Assembly: GCA_031272765.1 (NCBI GenBank)
Contig: JAISTD010000123.1
Location: 323 to 64,322, forward strand
Source of the DNA: Candidatus Methanovirga australis
Lineage (GTDB): Archaea; Methanobacteriota; Methanobacteria; Methanobacteriales; Methanobacteriaceae
Length of the DNA stretch: 64,000 nt
Direction of reading: 5' to 3'
The notes beneath the pieces are model-generated. The model made no database searches and had not been told where the DNA came from. It was given only the letters and a program-made list of their open reading frames with translations. Position numbers and translations under genes: made by a program. Below, one piece after another: positions 9,899-18,998 of the stretch. Every line of letters begins with the position of its first letter. Positions within the stretch are counted from its first letter, which is position 1.

Positions 9899-11833
9899 TT
9901 AATTTTTCTTTCTATATTCCAAAATTAACATGGTCTCATCATCAAATTGTTCAACACCTTTAGTAAAACTATGCAGTACCTTGCTTACTTTAGGAATCAA
10001 ATCTTCAATTTTTAAGGCATGATTTTCATTTAAAACATTGGCCAATCTTTTTATTTGAAATTCTTCTTCATTTTGATTAATAGACTCTGTGATTCCATCA
10101 GTAAATAAGTATAATCTATCACCTGCATTTATTGTTATTTTAAATGATTTATACTTCATATTTTCCATTCCTCCAAGAACAAAGTCAGGTTTAGATTCTA
10201 AAATATTATATTGGTTTCTAGATTTGTTAAATAAAAATGGTTTGGGGTGACCCGCATTCACATAAGTCATTTCTCCAGAATTAATATTCAATAATCCTAA
10301 CCATACTGTAACAAACATTCCTTCATTATTGTTCTCATTAAGCTCATTATTAATCTTAATGAAAACTTCTGATGGTTTTAACCCTAATTTTAATTGATCT
10401 TTAATCAATGTTTTAACCATCATCATAAATAATGCTGCTGGAACTCCTTTACCACTCACATCACCAATAACGATAACTAAATGATTATCATCTATTAAAA
10501 AATAATCATAAAAATCTCCTCCAACATTTTTAGCAGGGATATAACTTGCAAAAATATCAAAATCATTTAACCTATTAGGAAATGGAGGAAATTCATTTGG
10601 GATTGTATCCATTTGAATTTTAGAAGCAACATTCAATTCAGCATCAATTTTTTCTTCTTTAGCTGTAATTTTCTTTAAATCAACAATATACTTCTCAATA
10701 GTTATAATCATGTTCTTAATAGATACAGATAAAAACTTTGTTTCATATTTATTAGTTGATAAATAATCTAATCTATTTAATATAGATTCAATATTATTTG
10801 GATTATTGTGTTCCTTTTGACTAAATCTATTTGTTATATATTCTATAGCAAGAGTACTAACAGATTGCAATGGTTTAGAAAAATTTTTTTCAATATAATA
10901 TAATAATAATGAGGAGAAAATTAACATTAATACCCAATTTATTACATCATACACACCAAAATAAAGCTCTATGAAGTCATGTAAGTCAAAAGTTTCTCCA
11001 AATAATATCCAATCAAACACATACCAAAAATAAGGGGTAATATTGTAAAATATAGATATTAGCAAAACAAAACATATTATAACCTCACTAAATGAAGTAT
11101 TATATTTTACCTGTTCATGGTTACCATTTGGCTTAAGAATAACAAGGAAAATTATTATAATCATGTTAAAAAGAATATATTCACAATTAATAACATATAA
11201 TTTTCCAATTAAATAATTATATAATAATTGGATTATTAGTGTTATTGAAAATAGTATGATAGCATGCCTAATTTTTTTATTATGCTTTAAAAAACTTGAT
11301 TTTTCTATTTTGTATACTTTAATATTGGTTAAATTAACTATTAAAACAAATAAGGTATTAAAAATAAAAGTCAAATTTAAAATTAGAAAATAATCTGTTA
11401 GAAAATTATTTAAATTATCAGAATTAAATATCACTTCAGGATCAAATAAATAATAACTACAAATATATAAGTATAGAAAAAAAGCATTACCTATTATATT
11501 TACTAAAATAAATTTAATCAAATTACTCGTGTCATTCAAATGTAATGTTGGAACTTTATTATCAAAATTAAAAGCATAAAATAATTTAAAAACAAAATAA
11601 CTTAGACTAACTATAACTAAACTATTGAATAAATAGAAAAAACTTAATTGTGATAAATTATTAGAGTAATTCAATATAAAATGAACTACCATATATCCAG
11701 ATCCTAATCCTAAACACCCCCATTTTCCATATAATAACGGAAATATAGATATTAAAATCACAGCAGGATTAATATGAACTTCAAAATATGAAAATTGATT
11801 AAAAAATGCATAAACTATTGAATAAATTATCAA
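9899..11833 (-). CDS. polytopic membrane protein with a C-terminal PP2C/SpoIIE-type serine phosphatase domain
   Basis: About 330 aa of hydrophobic N-terminal segments precede the PP2C motifs GGDFYDYF, GDVSGKGVPAALFM, TDGITE and DDETMLILE. The first in-frame start is TTG, so the N-terminus is uncertain. Confidence 0.85.
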   Translation of the reverse strand: MIIYSIVYAFFNQFSYFEVHINPAVILISIFPLLYGKWGCLGLGSGYMVVHFILNYSNNLSQLSFFYLFNSLVIVSLSYFVFKLFYAFNFDNKVPTLHLNDTSNLIKFILVNIIGNAFFLYLYICSYYLFDPEVIFNSDNLNNFLTDYFLILNLTFIFNTLFVLIVNLTNIKVYKIEKSSFLKHNKKIRHAIILFSITLIIQLLYNYLIGKLYVINCEYILFNMIIIIFLVILKPNGNHEQVKYNTSFSEVIICFVLLISIFYNITPYFWYVFDWILFGETFDLHDFIELYFGVYDVINWVLMLIFSSLLLYYIEKNFSKPLQSVSTLAIEYITNRFSQKEHNNPNNIESILNRLDYLSTNKYETKFLSVSIKNMIITIEKYIVDLKKITAKEEKIDAELNVASKIQMDTIPNEFPPFPNRLNDFDIFASYIPAKNVGGDFYDYFLIDDNHLVIVIGDVSGKGVPAALFMMMVKTLIKDQLKLGLKPSEVFIKINNELNENNNEGMFVTVWLGLLNINSGEMTYVNAGHPKPFLFNKSRNQYNILESKPDFVLGGMENMKYKSFKITINAGDRLYLFTDGITESINQNEEEFQIKRLANVLNENHALKIEDLIPKVSKVLHSFTKGVEQFDDETMLILEYRKKN

Positions 11834-11945
11834 ACTGATTAAAAAATTTTTTAATCCCTGTTTAACTTCCCCGTTTATTTAAATTCCCCCTTCATTTACT
11901 ATCCAATAACACGGTTTCAATATTTTAAAAGACTATGCTAATGAC

Positions 11946-12083
11946 CAATGTCATCAACTTAACGATTTTTACTTAAATTGGGTTTTATATTTTTCATGGT
12001 TTTAAATAAATTGCAAATTTTTTTATATAAATTTGTCTATTTCACGAAAATATTTAACCAGATCTCTTAAGTTGATGACATTG
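11946..12083. mobile_element. MITE family C (138 bp) with a perfect 17-bp TIR and a 10-bp TSD
   Basis: CAATGTCATCAACTTAA (11946-11962) is the exact reverse complement of TTAAGTTGATGACATTG (12067-12083). It is flanked by the direct repeat TGCTAATGAC at 11936-11945 and 12084-12093. Confidence 0.75.
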
Positions 12084-12222
12084 TGCTAATGACTGTTTTC
12101 ACATTATACTAATTATTTAATAATTATGAATTATTTCATATCAACAAATCATTTTTAAATTTAATTTAAAAAATATTATCAACTCTCATAAGTCTATAAA
12201 TTAACAAAATTTACCAACAGGA

Positions 12223-12639
12223 CTAAAAATCCAATATTTTCTCAATAGTTAAAATATTTTGATTATCCTTAAATTCATAATCAATATTATTAATATTTTT
12301 CTTAACAAGAAAAATTCCTAATCCACCAATATCTCTATCATTAGCATTTAAAGTTGTGTCAGGATCCTTATGTTTTAATGGATTAAATTGAGTTCCTTTA
12401 TCGATGATTTTAATAACAATTCTTGAAGGATTATCTTTAAAATTATATATTATTTCTATTTTATTATCATCACTTCCTATTTCATAGGAATAATTAATAA
12501 TATTTGTAAAAATCTCTTCTAAAGCTATTTCAAGCCCTAACTTAAATTTTTCAGACACAGATTTAGAATCTAAATAATCTCTAATAATTTCTAAAACATT
12601 ATCTAACTCGTTTATATCTGCCTTTACAGTAACATTCAT
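12223..12639 (-). CDS. RsbW/SpoIIAB-type serine kinase (anti-sigma-factor-like GHKL ATPase)
   Basis: 138 aa with an N-box LEEIFTNIINYSY, a G1 box IDKGTQFNP and a G2 box GGLGIFLVKK. An SD GGTG sits 7 nt upstream of the ATG. Confidence 0.85.
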   Translation of the reverse strand: MNVTVKADINELDNVLEIIRDYLDSKSVSEKFKLGLEIALEEIFTNIINYSYEIGSDDNKIEIIYNFKDNPSRIVIKIIDKGTQFNPLKHKDPDTTLNANDRDIGGLGIFLVKKNINNIDYEFKDNQNILTIEKILDF

Positions 12640-12650
12640 TTAAACACCTA

Positions 12651-12664
12651 TCATATAACTATTG
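12651..12664. promoter_or_regulatory. perfect 14-bp palindrome ATTGTCATGACAAT just upstream of the kinase start (candidate operator)
   Basis: Read directly from the sequence. It is self-complementary and lies 12-25 nt upstream of the ATG at 12639, immediately 5' of the SD. Confidence 0.3.
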
Positions 12665-13133
12665 TCATGACAATTTGATTCTTTCTATTTTAGTATTGAT
12701 TTTATTATTGATAATTTTTCATTAGAATAGTATTAAATGAAATTTCAACGGAGGATAATCCTTTGATTTCCTGAAAACTCATTTTTAAAATTTTACTAAA
12801 TTATTTTGTCTTGACACTATTTTATTCATGTAATATAGTACTTGACATGATTTTTTAAGTAATGGACTTTTTAAATAGATATAATATTATTTTATTTTAA
12901 GTTTTATTTATTGAATAGTATATTTTTTGATATAATTATTTTGAATTATTTATAATGAAATAATCTATGTTTAAATGATATTTTCAAACAGAGAATAAAT
13001 TCTTCTAAGTTAAAAATAAATTTTTAACAATAGAAAACTCATTAATTAAATTATTAATATCAAGGACTATAATTATCAAAAATTATTGTATTGCAACAAC
13101 CTCATGGAACTACAATTTTTTCCACCATTTTTT

Positions 13134-14834
13134 TTACAATACTATTGTTAAATTATTTAATCCAATTGTGTTTCTATAATCTATGTCTTTAGCTATTTTT
13201 CGAATTATAGAAATCCCAAGTTTATTTTTTGAAGGGCTGTTTTCATTACCATATTCTATTGGGTTAAATGGTTTACCATCATCCCGAATTCTGAAAATAA
13301 CCCCATTTTTAGTTAAAAGAATCCTAATATCTATGTAGTGCTGTTTAGATGATAGGAAACCATGTTCTACAATATTTCCTGCCATTTCTTCTACACATAA
13401 TGCGATTTTTTTAAGTTTGTCTTCACAATGAGGATACTTATCAATGAATGAATAAATCTTATTAGACAGTTCCATAACTTGCTCCATATCATTTTCTATC
13501 GAAATTTCAAAACTATCTTTAATATTTTCCTCAAAACTATCCTCCAACATTAGAAAATCATTAACTTTTCTAGGCCATATTCCAGTTTTAATTCTTATTA
13601 AAATAATAAGACCAACCAAAGTAAAAGTTTCCCCTAAAAAGAAACAAATCCAAAGCCCGTCAGATCCCATTATTGGTGTTAAAACAGTGGCAAATAAAGA
13701 TATTAATAAAAAACTATGTGCAAAACCTATATAATTCGCCATATAAGTATTATTTATAGAACTATAAAAATTTAAGAATATAACTCCAATTAATGAAGGA
13801 GGTAATGATAATGCAAATAATTGAAGGGAAAATGTTGCCGTGGGAAGAACCTCAGGGTTTTTACCAAAAAGACCAACTAAAAATGAGGAAAATATTATGA
13901 CAAGTAATGAAAGAGGAACTATAATATACAAACCCCATTTAATTGATATTTTCAAAAGATCAGATAGTGAACGTCTATCTTCTTCACCATAAAAAATCCC
14001 ACCAAGTAACATTGTTGTCATTCCAACCCCCATAGCTACTGCACTTAATAATTGATTTATATTTGATTGAATAGTCAAAGCACCCATCACTATTACTCCA
14101 CCAACCCATAATGCAATATGATTAGTAACAATTGTTCTTGCCATTGTGAAAATTCTATTTAATGCTGTTGGCAGTCCTATTCTAATAATTTCAATAGCTT
14201 CTCTGAAATTATGTATTTTAGATAAATGTAATGTATTTTTTTTAGTAAAAAAATGAGAACATAACACTAACACACCCAAAGTATAACTAATTGATGTTGC
14301 AATACCAATACCAAACATTCCTAAGTGGAATACAGTGACAAATAGAATATCTAAAGTTATATTAAAAATAGTTGAAATTGTGATTGAAAGCAATCCTAAG
14401 TTAGGATTATTATCTAATCTAGTATATGAAAATAATACTTGAGATAAAATTAAAGAAGATGTTCCTAATATCAATCCAAACATAAAATCAGAAGCCAATG
14501 GTGTTAAAGCCCCAGTAGCACCTAAAAGAACAGATAGATAATCTACATAAAAAGGAGAAAATGCAGTTATTATTATTGAAGTTATAAGCCCAATTAAACA
14601 AGTCATAGTAAAACTATCATTAACTTTTCCTCTTTCTTCTCGCCCAATATAATTAGAAGATAATATTGTACCTCCATTTCCAAAAACTGTTGCAAAAGCC
14701 ATTATCAAAATAAAAATAGGAGAAACTATACCATAAGCAACCATGCCTTCATTTCCCATGAAATTGCCGACAATCAAACCGTCAATCACCATTCCTAAAG
14801 TAGCATTAATTAGTCCTATTATTGAAACAAACAA
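13134..14834 (-). CDS. MATE-family efflux transporter fused to a C-terminal RsbW-type GHKL kinase domain
   Basis: About 420 aa of MATE-like 12-TM region precede a roughly 130-aa domain with an N-box CVEEMAGNIVEHGF, a G1 box RDDGKPFNP and a G2-like KLGISIIRKIA. There is no canonical start at the expected N-terminus; TTG at 14834 is the first candidate. Confidence 0.85.
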   Translation of the reverse strand: MFVSIIGLINATLGMVIDGLIVGNFMGNEGMVAYGIVSPIFILIMAFATVFGNGGTILSSNYIGREERGKVNDSFTMTCLIGLITSIIITAFSPFYVDYLSVLLGATGALTPLASDFMFGLILGTSSLILSQVLFSYTRLDNNPNLGLLSITISTIFNITLDILFVTVFHLGMFGIGIATSISYTLGVLVLCSHFFTKKNTLHLSKIHNFREAIEIIRIGLPTALNRIFTMARTIVTNHIALWVGGVIVMGALTIQSNINQLLSAVAMGVGMTTMLLGGIFYGEEDRRSLSDLLKISIKWGLYIIVPLSLLVIIFSSFLVGLFGKNPEVLPTATFSLQLFALSLPPSLIGVIFLNFYSSINNTYMANYIGFAHSFLLISLFATVLTPIMGSDGLWICFFLGETFTLVGLIILIRIKTGIWPRKVNDFLMLEDSFEENIKDSFEISIENDMEQVMELSNKIYSFIDKYPHCEDKLKKIALCVEEMAGNIVEHGFLSSKQHYIDIRILLTKNGVIFRIRDDGKPFNPIEYGNENSPSKNKLGISIIRKIAKDIDYRNTIGLNNLTIVL

Positions 14835-15540
14835 GTATGATTTAAAAGATTTTAAAATTAAATAATTATTCGTTAGTGTATTCTTAATTATAACACATCC
14901 TATTTAAATAATAAAGTTATCATTGCAAACTCAATAGTATTGCATTGACACTTATTTAAATTAAAATATTGAACAATTTAATTACATATGGATATAATTA
15001 TATTAAAATTATTACAAAAACATCACATAATAGCTAACAAATTTATACATCCCCCAAGTATGTGAACATGATTTTATTTGTATTCTTAATTAAATATATG
15101 TTTTGTGATTTAACCAATGCTGTTAACTTAATGTTTATATAGTAAATTGTTCATATCTATTATTAGTATTATGTTTTATTTAGACAAATATGTGTAGTTG
15201 CATTATCATTAATTGTAATAAGATCTTAAAAGAGTTTTTTGAGTTAATAACTTCGGATGAATTTCTAAAAATGAGCAAAATAAATTTTGAATCATTTATA
15301 CACAATATATTTAAAAACCTAAAGTTTGATAACAATTTAAATTATAATGACTTTTTATAAAGTCTTATTTTTTTAATTTATTTTGAAGTTTAACTCTTTT
15401 TTTAGAATAATTTTAATTCTGCACTTAAACAAACTTGTTCTAATAGAACTTCCTCTTTTCCTTCTTTTAAGAATTTTATAATCCAGTTTAATTCCGTTGA
15501 CTTTTTTAAACTGATTTAATTCCTTAATTTTATTTTAATT

Positions 15541-15596
15541 ATAATTTCATCTGGAAAGTTCAAAACTAATCACAAATAAAACACAAAAATCAAATT
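15541..15596 (-). repeat. 56-bp dispersed repeat, copy 1 (inverted relative to 25213-25268)
   Basis: Its reverse complement matches 25213-25268 with one mismatch (AATTTGATTTTTRTGTTTTATTTGTGATTAGTTTTGAACTTTCCAGATGAAATTAT). Confidence 0.8.
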
Positions 15597-16000
15597 CATA
15601 TAGTTAAAATTGCACATTCATACATATCAACAATTAACAAATCTATTACTCCCATCAAAACAAAGTTATCGACCCACTTCCTTGTAAAAATACTTCTTAT
15701 CAACATTTTCATGAAAAAATAAATATTAATCAAAAATAAAAAAATACAACAATTAATAAGTTCTAATTTAAAAATTTAAGTAGTATTCAATTAGTTAGCA
15801 AAAATATAGGATAAATTTTCAATTATGAACATTTTAATTAAAAATTATGAACATTTAATTAATTTATTATTATAACTACTATTTTATAGAAATATCTAAA
15901 TTAATTTAAAAAATCTTTGTTTTAAGAATTAGTAAATATAAATTAAATCATTGCTTAGAAAAAATAGGAATATAAAAAAATAAAAAAAGAAAATGAAAAA

Positions 16001-16303
16001 TTATCCAAATAAAGCTCCTAATCCAGCTGCAGCTTCTTCTTCGGATGCTTCTTCTTCCTCTTCTTCCTCTTCTTCTTGATCAGGAGCTTCTTCTGCTACA
16101 GCCCCTCCAGCAACTGGTGCAGCTGCTAATGCTGTGGTTTCAATAGCTTCTTCAATATCAACATCTTCTAAAGCTGCTATTAATCCTTTAATTCTTGCAT
16201 CGTCTGCTTCAATTCCTGCTACTTCAATTACACCTTTAACACTTGCTTCATTAATTTCTTTGTCTCCACTATGTAATAACATAGCCGCATATATGTACTC
16301 CAT
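16001..16303 (-). CDS. rpl12: 50S ribosomal stalk protein P1 (L12e)
   Basis: Starts [11 protein letters not shown], has an acidic E-rich tail and ends in GLGALFG. An SD GGTG precedes the ATG at 16303. Confidence 0.95.
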   Translation of the reverse strand: MEYIYAAMLLHSGDKEINEASVKGVIEVAGIEADDARIKGLIAALEDVDIEEAIETTALAAAPVAGGAVAEEAPDQEEEEEEEEEASEEEAAAGLGALFG

Positions 16304-16421
16304 GTTTTTCACACCTTTATAGTTTTTATATCATATTATAGTTGATCAAACTTTAAAAGTTTGTCTTTTGATTTCTCATTTCTAAATTTGAATTAAATTA
16401 AAAATTTTAAAAGTTTGAATT

Positions 16422-17426
16422 TTATCCAAAGAGAGCCCCTAAACCAGCTGCTGCATCTTCTTCAGTTGATTCTTCTTCCTCTTCTTCATCATCATCCTTA
16501 GGTTCACTATCACTAACTACTGGAGCAGATGCTGTAGGAACACTTGAAAGTTTATTTACTAATTCTTCATCTAAAGCACCTTCATAAGTTAGTTGGGATG
16601 CGAGAGCTAACATTTGAGAATTAGCTAAAGATATTAAGATTTCTGAAGTTTTATCATTAACAATAGCTGCATTAATAGCTAAATTCATAGATTTGCTAAA
16701 TGCACTATTAATAATCAGAGAAATGGTCTTCTTCGTAGGTATAGCTCCATTGATAGATAGGTTAAATGCCCCTTTAACAGCAGATTTAAGATCTTGAATG
16801 ATTTTCTCACTATCAACATTTAAAAGATCAGAAGGGTATATTGTCTCATCTTCATAAGCCACTCTAAGATCAATCCCTACTTCCATCGGGTTTATATCCA
16901 TCCTTGTTAATGCACTTGCAACACTTTTGGAAACAGTTCCTCCTGCTTTAACAACAACTGTGTCCTTAGAGACCACAATTTTCTTTTTATCAATTTTAGC
17001 AGGTATTCCTATCTGTTGAAGTTCACCAAGAAATGGACCTGGTTCAAATCCAGTATCTCCTGCAGGAACCACAATATCTTCTGTAGCAACAGCCCCTACT
17101 TTAGCAGGAGCAGGAGTTTTGCTATCTTCTAAAATTTTAAAGAGTCTAAACGGATTCAAGTCTGTAAAAATTACTGCTGGCTGTCCTTCCATATAAGGAG
17201 CAAGATCCGCAATATTAGTTTTACTCTCAGAATCTTTAAGTGCTAAGTCTATTAAATTCTTTTTAGACATCTTTATTCTAGCTTTACCTATTAAAGATTT
17301 TCTCATCTGTTGCATCTGTTTAGCTGGTATGTTTAATAAATCAACAATACCCACTACACTATGAGAATCAATTAATGATTTAAGGTCTTTAACTTCTTCT
17401 TTCTTCCATTCAGCAATATGAGCCAT
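16422..17426 (-). CDS. rplP0: 50S ribosomal protein P0 (L10)
   Basis: Starts [12 protein letters not shown] and shares the acidic C-terminal tail ...[10 protein letters not shown] with P1. Its start overlaps the L1 stop (TAATG). Confidence 0.95.
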   Translation of the reverse strand: MAHIAEWKKEEVKDLKSLIDSHSVVGIVDLLNIPAKQMQQMRKSLIGKARIKMSKKNLIDLALKDSESKTNIADLAPYMEGQPAVIFTDLNPFRLFKILEDSKTPAPAKVGAVATEDIVVPAGDTGFEPGPFLGELQQIGIPAKIDKKKIVVSKDTVVVKAGGTVSKSVASALTRMDINPMEVGIDLRVAYEDETIYPSDLLNVDSEKIIQDLKSAVKGAFNLSINGAIPTKKTISLIINSAFSKSMNLAINAAIVNDKTSEILISLANSQMLALASQLTYEGALDEELVNKLSSVPTASAPVVSDSEPKDDDEEEEEESTEEDAAAGLGALFG

Positions 17427-18064
17427 TAAATCACCCTCACTACTGAACCCATAGTTGTCTTAATAAACATGGATTTTATTTGACTTCTACCTTTTTCTAA
17501 ATTTTGATCTAGTGTAGCTAAAACAGCTTCGATGTTCTCAGCTATTTTATCATCTGCCATGTCTTGAGTTCCAACTAAAGTTTGGACTGTAGCTTGACTT
17601 TTAATACCAACTTTAACAGTGGATTTTAATCTCTCAATTAAAGGTTCTACTTTTATAGATGATGGTACTGGTTTAGGCATTTTTTTACGAGGTCCAAGAA
17701 CTGGTCCTAAAAATCTACCTACCAAAGGCATCATATCTGCCTGAGCCACAAAGAAATCGTATTTATTCGCTAACTTCTTAGCTTGTTTTCTATCTTTACC
17801 GATTTCTTCCAATCCAACTTTGTCAATAACAAGATCAATGCCAGTGCTTTTAGCTTGAACAGCCAACTCCCCATCAGCAATAAAGCCTATTTTTATGTCT
17901 TTACCACGACCATTAGGGAGGGAAACTTCCTCATCAAACCGATTTTCTGGTTTTTTGACATCCAAATCCTTGATATTTATAATTATATCAATGGATTGTG
18001 TGAAGTTTCGCGGCTTTGAACCTTCTTTAGCCTTCTTCACTGCTTCTACTATGTCTTGTATCAT
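17426..18064 (-). CDS. rpl1: 50S ribosomal protein L1
   Basis: Starts [33 protein letters not shown], a typical L1 N-terminus. The ATG at 18064 is preferred over the upstream ORF start. Confidence 0.95.
   Translation of the reverse strand: MIQDIVEAVKKAKEGSKPRNFTQSIDIIINIKDLDVKKPENRFDEEVSLPNGRGKDIKIGFIADGELAVQAKSTGIDLVIDKVGLEEIGKDRKQAKKLANKYDFFVAQADMMPLVGRFLGPVLGPRKKMPKPVPSSIKVEPLIERLKSTVKVGIKSQATVQTLVGTQDMADDKIAENIEAVLATLDQNLEKGRSQIKSMFIKTTMGSVVRVI
18000..18040 (-). promoter_or_regulatory. putative L1 autoregulatory mRNA site (helix, asymmetric loop, helix) inside the 5' end of rpl1
   Basis: The mRNA reads GUGAAG-AA-GGCU-(13 nt)-AGCC-GCGAAA-CUUCAC, giving 6-bp and 4-bp helices. It starts 24 nt after the AUG. 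It closely resembles the Methanococcus L1 mRNA operator as I recall it (GUGAAG-GA-GGCU...AGCC-GAGAAA-CUUCAC). Confidence 0.5.
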
Positions 18065-18515
18065 ACAAATCCTCCATGAACTTTGAAAGTTCATTAATGG
18101 ATATTTAATCTGGTTTGAAGTAATTGATTTATTTAGTATATAATGATTAATTTATATGATATTATTTTTTATTATGATATTATATTTAAAAAATAAATTA
18201 TTAAAGTATAATAATTATCAATATAAAAAAAATTTAAATCTACAAATTAAATTATCAATTACAAATATAAACAATATATCATTTACAATTATTAACATGT
18301 AAAATCATCTACACTGCATAAAAATGAATAATAAGATATATCTATTTATTTATTTTGAATTCTTAATTTTTTTACTATTTTAGTTTTTAATGTAATTTTA
18401 TTTTAACATAACATATATAAACATACATTTTTAATAAAATATGAAATTTATATAATAAAATTTTTATAAATTAAATAATTTAGTTAGTTTAAATAAGCAA
18501 TAGCTATTAAACCCA

Positions 18516-18998
18516 TTATCCAACTAAAATACTGTCATATTCACCAACATCAACAGCTTTTTGAGCTTCACGAGGATCTTTACCATCAACCGTTATGCCC
18601 ATACTAACACAAGTGCCCATAACTTCTTTAGCACCATACTTATAATCATTGGATAATAATGAACCAAATTTCATGCGAGCTATTTTTAAAGCTTGTTCCA
18701 CTGATAAGTCTGCAACTTTATCTAACCCAGGATCTTGAGACCCTTTTTCTATTTTAAGTTCATCCATAATAAGAGCAGTTGTTGGAGGAGTACCTATTTC
18801 AATCTCAAAATCTTTTGTACTACTATCAATAATTATTTTAACTGGTACTTTCATTCCTTTAAAATCAGCACTTTTACTATTAATTTCTTCAACTACCTTC
18901 ATCATATTAAGACCAAACGGTCCTACTGCTGGACCTAAAGGTGGACCAGGAGTAGCAGTTCCACCTTCTATAAGAACTTCAACACTATCTTTTGCCAT
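18516..18998 (-). CDS. rpl11: 50S ribosomal protein L11
   Basis: [20 protein letters not shown] is the L11 signature. Length is 160 aa. Confidence 0.95.
   Translation of the reverse strand: MAKDSVEVLIEGGTATPGPPLGPAVGPFGLNMMKVVEEINSKSADFKGMKVPVKIIIDSSTKDFEIEIGTPPTTALIMDELKIEKGSQDPGLDKVADLSVEQALKIARMKFGSLLSNDYKYGAKEVMGTCVSMGITVDGKDPREAQKAVDVGEYDSILVG

Noticed and set aside
15190-15360. 56-aa plus-strand ORF (..SDEFLKMSKINFESFIHNIFKNLKF..) vaguely like the N-terminus of Mrr-type restriction endonucleases
   Set aside because: The resemblance is limited to a short FE-x-F-hydrophobic pattern. There is no catalytic region and it lies in a 1.1-kb AT-rich desert. This is too weak to call.
16304-16312. 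ORF-track GTG starts (16312, 18094, 19528, 20845, 28719, 38512, 42303, 55018, 62177 and others)
   Set aside because: In several of these cases (16312, 19528, 38512, 42303, 55018, 62177) the GTG is part of a GGTG/AGGTG Shine-Dalgarno sequence 5-8 nt upstream of an in-frame ATG or TTG that matches the conserved N-terminus. At the remaining sites (18094, 20845, 28719) the downstream ATG matches the conserved N-terminus, preceded by an SD GGAG at 20818 and 28695. The downstream start was used instead.
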